A stretch of DNA of 63,989 nucleotides, filler included, from Neoconidiobolus thromboides FSU 785 (Eukaryota; Fungi; Entomophthoromycota), in assembly GCA_025603075.1 (NCBI GenBank). It is 7 parts of 7 records of this genome, joined end to end, with 100 filler letters (N's around TTAATTAATTAA, not from the genome) between each part and the next. Parts side by side here need not be neighbours in the genome. Positions count along the whole stretch, not along the records: positions 11,144 to 38,028 come from MU626503.1; 6 more parts are not named here. One strand, given 5' to 3'. This document shows, piece after piece, positions 11,144-25,179 of the stretch. A program made the position numbers and the translations under genes. How positions within the stretch are numbered: position 1 is the first letter of the stretch; every line of letters begins with the position of its first letter. The notes below the pieces were generated by a model that worked only from the letters and a program-made list of their open reading frames with translations, had not been told where the DNA came from and ran no database searches.

Positions 11144-12183
11144 ATGGATGTTCATACTCTGAACTTGATATCTCCACTTGCAAGATTAAGCCACCAACTC
11201 CACCAGCATGTCCAAAACCTGAAGAAACTAAGTTGAAGTGTACTTCTACCCCAGCTAGTGATTCTACTTTCTACAATCCAGGAAAGAATGTATGTTGGTC
11301 ATCAAACAAAGACAACTCATACAACTGTCAACCAGCTGGAGCTGATGGTAAATGCTTAAAGAATGAAGTTGATGTCTCTACATGTAAGAAATTACCTCCT
11401 CCACCAACCTGTCCACCAGAAACTTCTTATTACTTAGAGTGTGATGCTGGAGCCGGTAATATTGGTTATGCTGGAAAACCAGGAGATAATGTATGTTGGA
11501 TCCTTAACGGTGATAAATGGTCATGTAAACCAAAAGGTAAAGATGGATGCTCATACTCTGAAATGGATATCACCAAATGCCCATTCAACACTCCAAAACC
11601 ACCTGCATGTCCACCAATGGATAATGGTGATCTTAAATGCACCACTAAATCTGGTTCTACTAGTACCTTTGATAACTTTAGTCCAAACACTTGTTGGTCA
11701 CTTAACAAGGATAATACTTGGGCCTGTCAACCATACGGCAAAGATGGATCTTGTCGCCTTGATGAAGTTGATGTCTCTAAATGTGAGCATAACAAATGTG
11801 TCCCAATCGATGCTAAATGTAGTACCTATGGAGGTTCCATTGGTATCACTGATCCAAATGCACCAGCATGCTGGATTAAAGGAAAATTAGGTGTATATAA
11901 ATGTGTTGATAAGAACTATAGTGGAAAATGTAATACCGGTTATACTGATATCACTGAATGCTATCCACGATGCCCACCATCTACTGCTACTTCTAATACC
12001 AGTGGTAAATCCGTTTCTGTTCAAGCTCCAGATGCTAAATTCCCTTGTTGGACTGCTGAACCTAAAGGTCAAGATATGACTTTTAAGAGTGCTGGTTATA
12101 ATTCTAAGGGCAAATGTCCACTCTATTACGCTGATGTAACCAAGTGTAACTACACTTATGATGTCGATGATGCTGACTTTTAA
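11144..12183 (+). CDS. Cys-rich tandem-module protein, probably secreted, 5' end lost in gap
   Basis: Frame is open from the gap (DGCSYSELDISTC...). It contains five complete modules of about 55-65 aa plus one partial, each with CW, E.D(I/V)..C and Pro-rich linkers. Confidence 0.85.
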
Positions 12184-13371
12184 ATAGCTTCCACAAATAA
12201 ATTATAGATTAAATCTTAAATTGTTTTTATTATTTCATAAATTTGGATAAATTTTATTTTTCAGAATTATTAAGTATTTTTGTATAGATTGATATTTCAA
12301 GGTCAAGTTAAAGAAAAAGGCTTCTTTAGTTCCTAAATTTAGGCAGTAAATAAGTTTAATTTGAATTTTGACTGTTATTTTAAAGCTGGAATATTTTAGG
12401 CTAATGAAACCAAAAAATTAGGCAAGAAAATTTAGCTTCACAATATGACTATTTGATAAAAGTACATCTTAAAAATAATTCTACTGTTTTAAACTAATTT
12501 ACATGAAAAAATGAGTAAGTTTTTATTGCTAACTTTTATAATATTGAAGCATAAATACAAATAAATCTACACATTTTTTAATTAGTTTTTTTTTTTTTTT
12601 ATATAAATGAATGTTTTTTATATTGTAAATATTAGCTTACGTTTAAAGAACTTAAAATTAATGTTAGCTTTAAAACTTGATACCAATTTATTTATTTAAT
12701 AATCTATAGAATTTTTTTCATTAAATTACTTGATATTTTTAAAAATCTATATTACAGAAATAAACAAAAAACGAAATTGAAAATCAACATTTTCCAATTT
12801 AAACCAAATTTTTAAACTTATCAACATACATTTTTTACTAAATATAGAATAAATTTAGAACATTTTGAATAAAATAAGTCGAGTATCATATTTGAGCTTA
12901 TTGTAGCAAAGTAACAAATTTTAGCAACACTTATTTTTGAACCTTATACTGTTAAATGCCAAAAATTCGGCTTTTTAACTACTAAAATGCCTACATATAC
13001 AAAAACATACTCTCTCATTTGATTTAACTTCTATTTACTTAGTTATAGGGCTAATAATTATTGATTCTTATTGAAAATAATCATTGATTAAATTATTAAA
13101 AATTGTGTTCAATACTTGATTAAAAATTGAAGAAATTTAAAGAACATCTCCCATAATTAAGCGAAGTACTAATCAAATTGATTCGCTCAAGAAAATAGAT
13201 ATTGAAAATTTTGTCAATATTAAGTGAATGATTGGATCTATAAAATGAGTTGAGATGAAAATTAACAAATCAAAATGAAAAGTTAAGTTTGAATTCAAGT
13301 AAATAAAAAATACAACTTTTAGTCTCAATATCAACGTAATAATTCTCAATTAAAGAACACGAATTGAGTTT

Positions 13372-15427
13372 ATGGATTCCAATTATAATTACAGTCAAGG
13401 TTTGTATGGCGGGTATGATATGATGAATATGAATCAAACTCCAACAATGAATCCAAATTTAAATCAAAATCAAAATCAAAATCAAAATCAAAATATTAAC
13501 ATATTAAATTATCCCACGGACTTTAATAACGAAAATTATACCAATGGTCCCAATTCAATGTATCAAAATGACAACTTACTAAATCAAAATAATCAATTTG
13601 ATAACCAAGATACCACTTGGAATATAAATATTCAAAATAGAGACCAAAATTTAAATATGATGAATATGAATAGTAGTAATATTTTAAATGAAGACCAAAT
13701 GCTACCAGAAGGTGATAAGGATAAGTTCAATAATAACTTGAATCTGAATTCACAAAATTTTAACTTTAACAATCCAGCAAATTTAAATAAAGGTATTTTT
13801 TTTTGCCAACTTTTTAAAATAATGTATTAATAATTCATCTTTAATTAGATGCTTCATTTAATATCAATGACTTGCAGCAAGGATATAATTCACTAAACTA
13901 TCAATATAATGGCGTAGGTATAGATAACATGAATAATTTTCAAAATATTGAAATGGGGAATTTTAATAATGAATATACACAAAATCAAGAAAAGATGAAG
14001 TTAAATGATAGTGCTAATAGTTCGTTTACAGATCAAAATAGCACTCAACAAAATTACATTAATAATTATCAATCAAATAATTCCATTAAAGTCAATGATA
14101 ATATTAACAACAATGAGTATGATCAATCAATGAATCAATTTAATAAATCTCAAAGAAATAATTTAGAATTTCAAGGTTTGTCCAATTTAAATTCTCCAAA
14201 TAAAATAAGAACATTTAATAACCCTAATTTGGAAAACCTTTATCAGGCTAAGTTATCGAATGCTCTTACTCCAAATATTCGTCCATTAGACAACAATTTA
14301 ACTTCATTTAACCCCAATTTTGCCCAACAACAACAAGCTCAACAACAAGCTCAACAACAACAAGTTCAACAACAACAAGTTCAACAACAACAAGTTCAAC
14401 AACAACAAGTTCAACAACAAGCTCAAGTTGCTATGATGAATAACAACAATTTCAATCGAATGCAATACATAAAACAAGATTATTATAACAACATTAATAA
14501 CAATATGAGAAATTATCCTTATCCACAACCAAAATTAATGAATAACACAATGGGAATGAATCCTAATTTAATAGAGAATAATCGAGATAGTAATGAGAAG
14601 GGATACAATCAAGAGATACTTCAATACCAAAAATCACGTACTAATTCATTAAACAATTCTAATGTTTCTACTCCACGCCCACCAATGTCATTGAATCTCA
14701 ATAATACCTTTCAAGGCTATTTACCTAAAAGTAGCTCGAATTTAACACCCAAATTATCAATGGAGATTAAAAATGAAAATAAAGTTCAAACTAAAGATAC
14801 ACAAAATATATTACCTACTAAACCAGACGGAGGTTACGATATTGAATTAATACGATCCCAATGTATCAATGATAAAGGCCAATTTTATACTTATATTAAA
14901 GCATTAACAGGTTATGATAATGAAAAGAAAATCTCAGTATTTGGAGAAGATTTAGATTTACATAAACTATGGATTACAATAATATCATTAAAAGGAATCC
15001 ATGTTGTTGGACGAAGTCGATTATGGTCCAATGTTCATAATTCCTTAGAATTTAATATTGAGCCTAAAAAAGTAAGTTCTAAAATTAAGCCCATTTATAT
15101 GAAATATTTGTTCAAATTAGAACAAATTGCTTATCCAGATTTTAGTATTATTAAACAAGAAGGTAATTCATTGTTTTCATTTTTTAATTTACTTTTTAAT
15201 ATTTATATAGGGCCGGTTAAACCCAACCTTAATAATCAAAATGAACAACAACAACAACAACAGGTAAAATTATAGTTAGTGTTTAAGATAATGCAAACTA
15301 ATGTTATTTTATTAGAACTCAAATACATTTAATAATATACCAAATATGCCCAATATGTTAAATCAAAATAATTCGGATAAAATACCACAGTTAAATAAAT
15401 CTATCTTTAGACCGCCAATCACAATGG

Positions 15428-15499
<72 letters not shown>

Positions 15500-15744
15500 T
15501 GAAATTTAATTATAATAATAAATTAAGCCAACTGTTAACCAATGATGATAAAATGATATCAATGCAAAATGAACAATTAAGAAAAAATTCAATTCAAAAT
15601 GAACAAATTCGGAAGAACTCAATGCAAAATTTGAATCTAAATTTAGATAATAATAAACATAATGTTAATAATTTATTAAACCCAAAAACACCACTATATA
15701 ATCCAATCAATTCAAATCTATTAAATACAACGAATAATCAAGGA

Positions 15745-15775
<31 letters not shown>

Positions 15776-17109
15776 TGTTGAATAATTTACAAATTAAAGA
15801 TTCAAAAACAGTTAATAATAATAATAATCTTAAAGAAGAACGAATTGTACCATATGATTATGTACCATTTATTAGAAAATTAGAAACATATGGTGGTATT
15901 AATTTAAATTTATTTAGTTATAATAAAAATAAAGAGGATATATTTAATATTGGTTCCGGCCAAATTATTAAAATCCATCAAATTACTATGAGTTTACAAA
16001 GTAATCAACAAATTGAAATTAATAATTCAATTAATACATTAATTTATTTATCTCAAGAAGTAGAATTATCTTTATTAAATTGTCAACGATTATTACATGT
16101 ATTATATTGTTTATTAAAAGAAGATTATAATTATTTAAACAATCAATATAATAATAATAATAATAATATAAAATCAATAAATTATTTCCAATTACTAAAC
16201 AATTTATCTAATGATTTGTTAGATTTAAAAATAGGATTAAACGAAGATATTAAACTAAGAGTTAATCGATCCTTAGGAATTCTATTAATATTAAGGAATT
16301 TATCATTTATACCAATTAATCAAAGTTATTTAGCTAATTCTATCGAAGTATTACAATTAATCTTATTGTATAATCAATTACCAAAAATAGAATTGGAATA
16401 TAATTTAGAATTAAAAAAACATAGTATTACATTATTTTCTAATATAATGGAATTTTTTAAAATCGAATTCAATATATCTAGTTCAACCATAATAATGATA
16501 TTACAATTAATGATGGAATTTTTACCTATGGACAATAATACTGATAATGATAATAATAATAATTCATTATATCCATCTTTAGCATTAGAATGTTTTGTTA
16601 AATTATCTACTTGGGATCAACATCGTATGATATTAAATCAAGAACAATATCATTATTATATGTTACAATATTTACAATCTATTAATAATTCCATACAAAA
16701 AATAATATTATATCAAAATGAAAATTATACGAACATGAATTATTTTGATGAAGAAAGATTAACCTTTTTACAATATTTATTAATGGCATTAAATAATGTT
16801 TTAATTTTATTACCATTTAATAATGAGCAAAAAATAGAATTCAAAGTGAAACAAGTATTATTTAATTTATTATTATTAATTCAATGCTTATTAAGATTAA
16901 GTAATCAACAACAATATATTGAGTTAGGTTTAAATGATATACTTAATAAAATGATATTAAGAGCATTAAATTCCATTTATCAAGTATATTTAAAATATCC
17001 TACTTTTTCTTGGATAATTAATATTAATTTGAAACTTACTGAGCTACTTGAAATTCCCAATTTACATCCAGAGATTATGTCCAATGTTTTACAGATATTA
17101 AAAGTATAA
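13372..17109 (+). CDS. SWI1: SWI/SNF ARID-domain subunit Swi1/Sol1 (ARID1-like)
   Basis: Introns 13793-13848, 15163-15210 and 15264-15315 join three tracked ORFs in frame. ARID motif LDLHKLW...KG...V...RLW.....L...Y.KYL; C-terminal RKLETYGG...IHQITMSLQS; N/Q-rich N-terminus. Confidence 0.82.
14328..14426 (+). repeat. Coding minisatellite encoding QQQA/QQQQV repeats
   Basis: Tandem CAACAA(CAA)CAAG(C/T)T units. Confidence 0.85.
15430..15498 (+). repeat. (AAT)23 microsatellite encoding poly-Asn
   Basis: Perfect trinucleotide run inside SWI1. Confidence 0.95.
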
Positions 17110-17398
17110 ATTCAATATACAATATAACAGCTTATTTAAGTAGCCTATCTTTTATTCAGAGATTTTGTCCTTCATTTTATAAATTTTTAAAAGTATAAAC
17201 TCATAGCTTATAAATGTTCTTTTTTATATATAAATATATTACTATTTTTTTTAAACAAAATAAAAAAATAAAAGAATATCACTATTTTTTCATATATATG
17301 TTATAATTTTATTATTAATATTAGATTAAGAAATGATAGTATATTAAAATGAAATATTTAAAAAAAGCTAAAAACCGAAGTCAATTTGTTATTTAAAA

Positions 17399-17417
17399 TT
17401 ATTTTTTAGTTATTGTT

Positions 17418-17484
<67 letters not shown>

Positions 17485-17995
17485 CACTGTTATTATTATT
17501 ATTCATTTGCATCTTATTAATAAATTGAGGTAACTGGGAGCTCAGATCAATTTTAGGTAAATTAGTACCAACAATCAGTTTATTTCCTTTTACTTCCACT
17601 TCTTTTTTTTCTTCTTCAATTACCTTGTTTTCAATTTCAGAACCTTCTTTTTCTTTTAATAAATTTTTATAATAGATACCTTGTGGATATAGTTGATTTA
17701 AATCAGAATTTAATACTTTTAAATACTCTTGTTGACCATTCGAGGTTAAATAAATGGGTGTAGCTACATATATCGTTTTAGTAGCTAATTGAGACGGATT
17801 AGAAGTGGAAAGATAGGAGTAATGAATTGTTGGGGTAGGTAAAGCAAGTGAGGGTTCTAAAGATGATATGGAGTTTGAATAACTAATGATAGTAGAAGAT
17901 AAAGAAAACGAAGTTTCTAAGCTGGATATTGGGGTAATGAAATTAGGTAATAATTGAGCCGAAACGGAGTTGAGAAATAATGAAAGAAATAGCAT
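17399..17995 (-). CDS. Hypothetical secreted Ser/Thr-rich protein with poly-Asn tail
   Basis: Signal-like MLFLSLFLNSVSAQ, Ser/Thr-rich stretch, (AAT)21 at 17421-17483. Confidence 0.6.
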
Positions 17996-18718
17996 ATTTT
18001 TAGATAATAAGTCTAAATTAATTAATTAATTAATTATAGAGAAACTGGAGTGTAAAATTTAATCTCTTTTTCAATATTGATCTTTGTTTATATACTCCTT
18101 GATTATGTAGAATTTTCGACTAGTTTTATTACATATCTCTAGAGTTTAGAATTTAAACTCTCTCTTTTATGATTTTTAAAAGGTTGATCATACTTCATTT
18201 TTAGTAATATAAAATTTTCTTAGAATTTGATTTTTTTAAGTTTGTTCAACAGTAAAATCTTATTAAAATAGATGGGCGTTTTATTTAGAATAATGGATTA
18301 AACTTTAAATTGCCACTAAAACACGATTTTAAATTGTTAAAAAATTTAAATTTTTTTAAACTGTTAAGAGTTTGAGACGTAGATTATGATTTCTTCAAAT
18401 TAATGATTTTAGGACTTTAGTTTTAATATCATTTATTAGTAAATTGAGTTTTTTTTAAAATATTAATATAAAATATATTATAAGTTCAACTAATTTATAA
18501 ATTATTAAATCCTTAGTACTTTGAATGTTAGAATTTAAATTCTTCAAAAATTCTTGAATAATGAGGTCATTACCACCTTCAAAAAATTCTTCAACAAACA
18601 GGATCGAATTTACAAGAATAAAAAAAAGCATCGAAATTAATTCAATTTTATTTTTCAATAAAAAGAAAAATACAAACTACGCAATATATTCATAGAAAGA
18701 AACCAAGGATTATTCAAT

Positions 18719-20889
18719 ATGGAAAGCAATCCATCTATAGTTACGACTACATCCGAAAGCTGGATTGATAAACTTAAAAATCAAGACTGGAAGTTTTATG
18801 CTGGTATAGTGACCACCGTAGCATTGGCTGGTTTAGGTGTATCTGCTTTATATTATTCAACGAGACCACCAAGTGATAAAAAAAATAAAATAAAAGGGAA
18901 AAAGAAGGATAAGTTAGGTAAATACATTAAATTTTTGATTATTTAAAGTAAAAAAAAATTAAATCACTATTTCAGATACAGTGTATGAACCTTTATTAGA
19001 AGAAGTCATCCCAACTCCAACTTTAAAAGAAGGTAATTTAGAAGAGTTTAAGTTGGCTTATACAATGAAATCCGATGAAATTAATAGCCTAAGCTTACAA
19101 GTAAGATAAATAGATAAATGCCAAACGTTAACATATTAACTGTTACACTAGCAAAAAGAGAGTTATTCTCAAGTCTTAAAAGAAGGAGGAAATAATTTAT
19201 TTCGAGAAAAAAAAATCAAGTCAGCAATTTCCACCTATACTAAAGCATTAGAATTTGCCTTAAATCCCATATTTTATGCCAATAGAGCAGCTTGTCATGC
19301 CAATTTGGATAATCATCAACAAACTATTGAAGATTGTAGTAATGCTGTTAAATTAGATAATAAATATATCAAAGCTTATGCAAGAAGAGCTCATGCTTTT
19401 GAAGCTTTAGAACATACTAGAGAAGCTTTGGATGGTAAATTTGATTATTTTTTTTAATATCAAAAAAAGGGATATTAAAATTTCTTTTTTTTAGATTATG
19501 TTACGGTATATGTACTCTCTAAAGCTACTAATTTACAAGCCAAAGAAAGCGCTAGTAAAGCTATTGACCTTATTGCTGAAAGAGAAGCAGAATTGTTATA
19601 TAAAGTAAGCTAAATTATAAAATAGATAGGATATTAGTAATAATAGTTAAATAGGACAAAACACCAGGAGTACCATCTACTTCATTGATTATTTCATTTT
19701 TTAATGCATTTGGAATGGGTAAGTTTAGACTTAATTCTAATATAACAATATTAATATAATAATATTAATTAGATGCTCAAGAAAGTATTGAAGTTAAAGA
19801 AAAGGCAGACGAAATTTATCTATCAGCTATTAATAATTTAAAAAATAGAAACTATGAATCAGCATATGAACAATTACAACAATACATAACTAGTGGAACT
19901 ACCTATAAAAATGAAGCTATTGTTTATCGATCCGCTTATTACTTTTTAATGCAAATGTATGATGAAGCAATCAATGACATCGATAATGTTTTGTTAAATG
20001 ATCCTAAGAATATAAGATGTTATATATTAAAATCATATCTAGTATTAGAAAGAGGTCATTATGATGAAGCAATAAAATTAATATTAGAAGCCAAAGAAAT
20101 AGAACCAAGAAACAAAAATGTAATTTATCAATTAGCCCAATTATTATTTGCTTCTGGGGATTGTGATGGAAGTGTTGAATTATATAAATTAGCTTTGGAA
20201 ATTGACCCTAATTATTTATTGGCATATATTCAGTTAGGAGTAGCTTATTTTAAAGCTGGTCAACAAGAAGAAAGTCGAAAAATTTACGATCAATTAATTT
20301 TAACGCATAAAAACTCAGCTGAAGCTCATAATTATTATGCAGAAATGTTACTGACTTTAGGAGATTTCGATAAAGTTAATGAAGAATTGAATAAATCTAT
20401 TGAATTGGATGATAAATACCCTTTGCCCCTCATTAATAAAGCAATTATTCATATTGATCACGGTCAATATCAAGAAGCTAATCATTTCCTTTTAAAAGCA
20501 GTAGAATGTAAGTTAATTTTATAAATCAGCTTTTATATTTATTAAAATTAATACAATATTTTGTTGACTTATTGTTTAGTGGACCCAAGATCAGATTTAG
20601 TCCAAGCTAGCTTAGCACAAACATATGCTTATTTATATCAAACTAGAGAAGCAGCTGAAACTTATCAAGCTTGTATTGAACATGCACGAAGTCAATATGA
20701 AGCTAAACTGTTTATTTGTTATAAAGAGGTAATTTTAATTTCAATACTATTATAAGTTAATCTAATCAATCCTTTTATATATAGTCTTGTTTAGCTTTAT
20801 TAAGATTTATCGAAAATCATCCAGATTTAACAGAATATATTAAGGAATTATTTTTAAACAATTTTAGTAAAGAATCCAAGTATATTTAG
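18719..20889 (+). CDS. TOM70: Mitochondrial import receptor Tom70 (TPR), multi-exon
   Basis: N-terminal TM anchor followed by a Lys-rich stretch; TPR clamp LKEGGNNLF...AISTYTKAL...FYANRAACH...IEDCSNAVKLDNKYIKAY.RRA; further TPRs; stop TAG at 20887-20889. Confidence 0.88.
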
Positions 20890-21028
20890 TTTTTATAAAG
20901 TCAAGATTCTAATAAAAATTTATTAAAATAATCAAATTTAGTTTTAAAGTTTTATTTAATTGGTTAAATTTTGTTTTTAAAATGACATTGAGTTTTTTAC
21001 TTTTGTCTTTTGTTTTGCATTATTTAAT

Positions 21029-22249
21029 ATGAAAATTGGTAGATTGAATTTAAAAAACAAAAAGTTAATATTTAATTTAATAATAAATTATAGCATGTTT
21101 ACAATATGATATTCAATTTAAAGAAATTGAATTAAATTGTAAAAAAGTAGAATCTATGATACAAGAGTAATTAATTTATAACACAATAATAGTAATAAAA
21201 TGTAAAATATAAATTAATAAATATTTAGTTTAATTGAGTTACCAGATATTCTTATTTTACCTGAAATGAGTTTAACTGGTAAATTATTTTATTTCATTAT
21301 TTTATATTATATATTAATCTTTTATTAAAGGTTATATGTTTGAAAATCAAGATGATATCAAAGCATATGTTGATTTATATGATCCAATAAAACTTTTATG
21401 GAAAGGAAAGAATGTGAGTTGGGGAATTAAATTAAGTATTATTTTATATTTAAAAATAGCTATTACCCTTCTTATTAATAATCAACTTTTTATTATTTAT
21501 AGCAAAACAGTATAACATTACGCTAATTTTAAGTTTCCCAGAAAAAAATATATCTACAGAAAATTATTATAATAGCTGTGTTGTAATTGATCCTAATGGA
21601 ATGATATTACATCATTATCAAAAACATTTCTTATATTTAATTGATGAACGATGGGCTATGAGTGGACCTTCATTTTCTACTTTTTGTTATCAACAAAAGA
21701 AGCTGGGGATTGGCATTTGTATGGATTTAAATAATTCTAATGAATTAGATTCTTTTATGAAATTTGAATTTGCTACTTATCATCATCAAATGAAAACTGA
21801 AATTATTATTATTACAATGAACTGGATATTATCTGATAAGTTATTTTATTTCAATCTATTCTATTGGCTGTTTCGATTATCTCCATTATTAAAGGAACTA
21901 GAGAAAGAAATTATTATTATTGGATGTAATAGAATAGGGACTGAAAAAGACATTACATTTACAGGTAAATTTAAAACTAAATTTATTTGAATTATTAGGT
22001 TAACTTAATAATTATTTTATAGGCACTTCATTTGCTATAAAATTTAGTAAACAATTACAACAGTCATCTGAAAATTGTATATCGCTATTAAAATTTATAA
22101 AACAACATATTAATTTAGAAGAATTAACTGAAAATCAATTAACTTATTTAAATAATTTATTAGATTACATACTACCATATATAAATCATATTTATATTTT
22201 AAATTATCTAAATAATAATGAAGAAGATACGCTACTTATGACTATTTAA
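21029..22249 (+). CDS. NTA1: Protein N-terminal amidase (nitrilase superfamily), multi-exon
   Basis: LILPEMSLTGY, YNSCVVIDPNG...HYQKHFLY..DE.WA, GICMDLN, YW..RLSPL, CNRIGTE...FTGTS. Confidence 0.8.
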
Positions 22250-22258
22250 TAACAATTA

Positions 22259-23532
22259 TTATAACTTAAGCCATAAACTTAAAATTAATACAAGTAAAAT
22301 TAAAATTAACCCATCTAACATTCTATTTGAAAAAAGGGTTATATTTGGATTCAGATTGTTATTTAATTGATTCGTTGAAGAAGAACTCATCTCTTTATTA
22401 TTGTTTATATCGTTCACCATGCTTTCGTCTTCTTTTATATCTTCTTTTATCTCTAATAAATCTTCTGATTGGCTGTAATTTATAGTGTTATTATTCATTA
22501 TATTATCATCACCCTTATCTATAGTATATTGTATAACATTACTTACATCTATTCCAATGTTATTACTACCCTCTTCGATACTCGTGTTGAGTTCTATCAT
22601 ATTATTATTATTATTGTTCCCTTGTATCTCGCTACTATTCTCGTCTTTATCCTTTTTATCACTTTCATACGTCAACGTAATAGAATTTAAAAATTCTCTA
22701 TCTGTATTTGAAAGATTTTTATTCAAGCTTTCATTACTATCATCTTTAATAATAATTTTGCTCATCTTTTCATTACAAATATCACACTTCCAAGTTAAAG
22801 AACTATTTAGATAAAATATTTTTGATTAGCTCAAATATTACTAAAATTGAAAAATAGGAATATTACTTTTTTGCTAAATTTTTGCGTGCTTCAACGGATG
22901 TAGTTAGTGCACCCACTCCTTCTAAGGGTATGGGGAAGAGGCTTATAACACCTAATAATAGGGTAGAGACTAAGGAGAATTGTTTAATTGAAATGAGTTA
23001 AACTGACATCTAGAGAATGAACTTACTACTCCAAGCAGGTTGCCAAGATTCTGGATGATAACCGGTTATATTTAAACAAATTTTAGTTCTCAATTCAAAC
23101 CTTCCATTTGGCTAATACAGAAAATAGCATTATTACCATTCTATAATAACTTATTATAATATTACCGTTAAAAACATCAAATGAGGAGGTTTGAATGGAT
23201 ATTCATTAGGTAATATTATACGTCCATGATATCTGTTTGTTAATTAATTGATATGAAATAGATTAAAATCTTTGTACTATTATATGATAATTTAAACTAG
23301 CTTACCTCCCCCCTTCATATTCAGTATTATTTGGTCCAAAGATTGTGAAATGCCAATCAAATATATTCTCTTCTAATGGTTTAGCAATAAAATAACTACT
23401 TGGATTTTTCATAATATCTTTATATTCTTTCATGATTCTTTTAACAGCTTGAATATTATTTATTAATACTTTTAACCAAAATAAAATTTTTATAATATTA
23501 GTTTTACCTGGACTCTTTTTATTGTACTCCAT
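22259..23532 (-). CDS. UBC6: ER tail-anchored E2 ubiquitin-conjugating enzyme (Ubc6/UBE2J1 type)
   Basis: AVKRIMKEY...PLEENIFDWHFTI.GP..TEYEGG.YHGRI, KICLNITGYHPESWQPAW, hydrophobic C-terminal anchor. Confidence 0.88.
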
Positions 23533-24538
23533 TTTGATTTAATGATAGTAATATTGATCTTCGGTTTAATTTGTTTAAAGTAAATAAAGTATAAAATTGA
23601 TTTATCTTCATTAAACAATGCTTTCTTTATATCCCTTTTTTTGCAGTCACAAATATCTAATTCACCCAATAATTAATTGAAACAGTAACAAATCAATGCA
23701 ATAAAATTTTAAAGCTGCTACAATTCCATTGTGTAACCTAGCTAACTGTTCATTTAAGATTAAATTTTTGTCAAAGCTAGACTAAAATAAAGACTATGCG
23801 CACCAAAAAACTGAATAAACAAATAATTGACTCTCAAAATCACTGCAAACTAAGTCATAATAGAGCTACCACAGCCGTATAAAATAAAAAAATTATAAAT
23901 ATTTACATGTAAATAAATAACTAGAGAAAACAAAGAAAATGAAAGTAAATCAACCTTTGAGATAAAACAAGTATAAAAAACCTCCTACAAATACTTCAAA
24001 TTCAAACTCAAATTCAACTTATTATTATAAAAACATCTATGATTTTTGTATAACCTCCAAGTAGATCCTAATACACCTTTATTCTTCTCACTTAATAGGA
24101 TCTAAATATTCTCTTTCAAAGGGTAACAAACATCAAGATTATTCATAAAATTATCAAACAAACAGAATAAAAAAATGTCTTTATAAACTTAGATTAATTA
24201 GTCTTTCGTTTTTATTTTTACTTTTACTCTACTCATTACGAATATATCCACCATCCTTAATCCAACATCCTTAATCCAACATCCTCAATCCAACTCAAAT
24301 CATTTGGAAATTATAAACGCTAAAAACTAAAGCCCAAATCCTTTTTAATCACAATGAAATTTGATTTTACAAAACTATCCAGAGTATATTAATAGTACAA
24401 CACAATTGTTTCTACAATTCTTTTAGCTGTTTAGTTAAAATAAATATATTATTGATATTAGACGATATAGATTCTTTATTTATTCCTCTAATAGTAATTT
24501 CTGGTTTTTCTCTATAATATTAAGGACTATCAACATAT

Positions 24539-24635
24539 GGGAGTGTTTTTTTTGACTTCATTATTTTTTCCATTTTTTAAGCGCTATTTAAGCGGAAAAT
24601 TTGTTAGTAAAATTCTTAAACATAAATACATCCCC
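24539..24635 (+). mobile_element. MITE family A copy (97 bp)
   Basis: ATAT-GGGAGTGT...ACATCCCC-ATGT; shares subfamily variants with 34613-34710. Confidence 0.88.
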
Positions 24636-25179
24636 ATGTTATAATTGATTCAATATCATTCTCTAATTGATTATAGGAAGCTATATGATTTTGTTTTGTT
24701 TTTCAAATTTAAATTTTTTAACGAAACGAAACTCGCATGGTGACATTGTCATAACTGTTTGAACAGATCTCTATTAACCAATAGTTTTGATTTTATACCT
24801 TTGGTTTTATAGTCACTCAGTAGCAACTCAGTGAATAAAGTATTGAGAAGTAAGAACTAATTTAGTACAAACATGAATTAAAAAATTCTTAGTAAGAAAT
24901 TGCTCAATTTTTAAGCTTAAATGTAATTAGAAACATTAACTTTATAATGTTATTTAAGTATTTCAAATCATTCTATTTAATATAATATAGCTTTTTAATC
25001 AATCTAGTATTTAATCATAGGTATCATTTTCATCTTTAATATTTTTTAAGTTTTTGTAAAAGCATTTGTTTTAGCAATTTATATTGAAAAACTATCATAA
25101 TTCATAATGAATATAAAAATAAAAATAAAAAGACCAGAAATTCAAAGTTTCAATTTTATTCTATTCTAAAAAACCAGTC

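Noticed and set aside
11441-12079. Overlapping ORFs of 149, 80, 61 and 62 aa
   Set aside because: Alternative frames of the Cys-rich repeat gene.
18455-18658. 67-aa minus-strand ORF upstream of TOM70
   Set aside because: Low-complexity AT-driven composition and no recognisable motif.
22469-22814. Hydrophobic plus-strand ORFs
   Set aside because: Antisense to the Asn/Asp-rich last exon of UBC6.
24250-24296. 14-bp tandem repeat ATCCTYAATCCAAC x3 sharing a 15-mer with a VPS28 intron near 6375
   Set aside because: Too short and low in complexity to support a functional or mobile origin.
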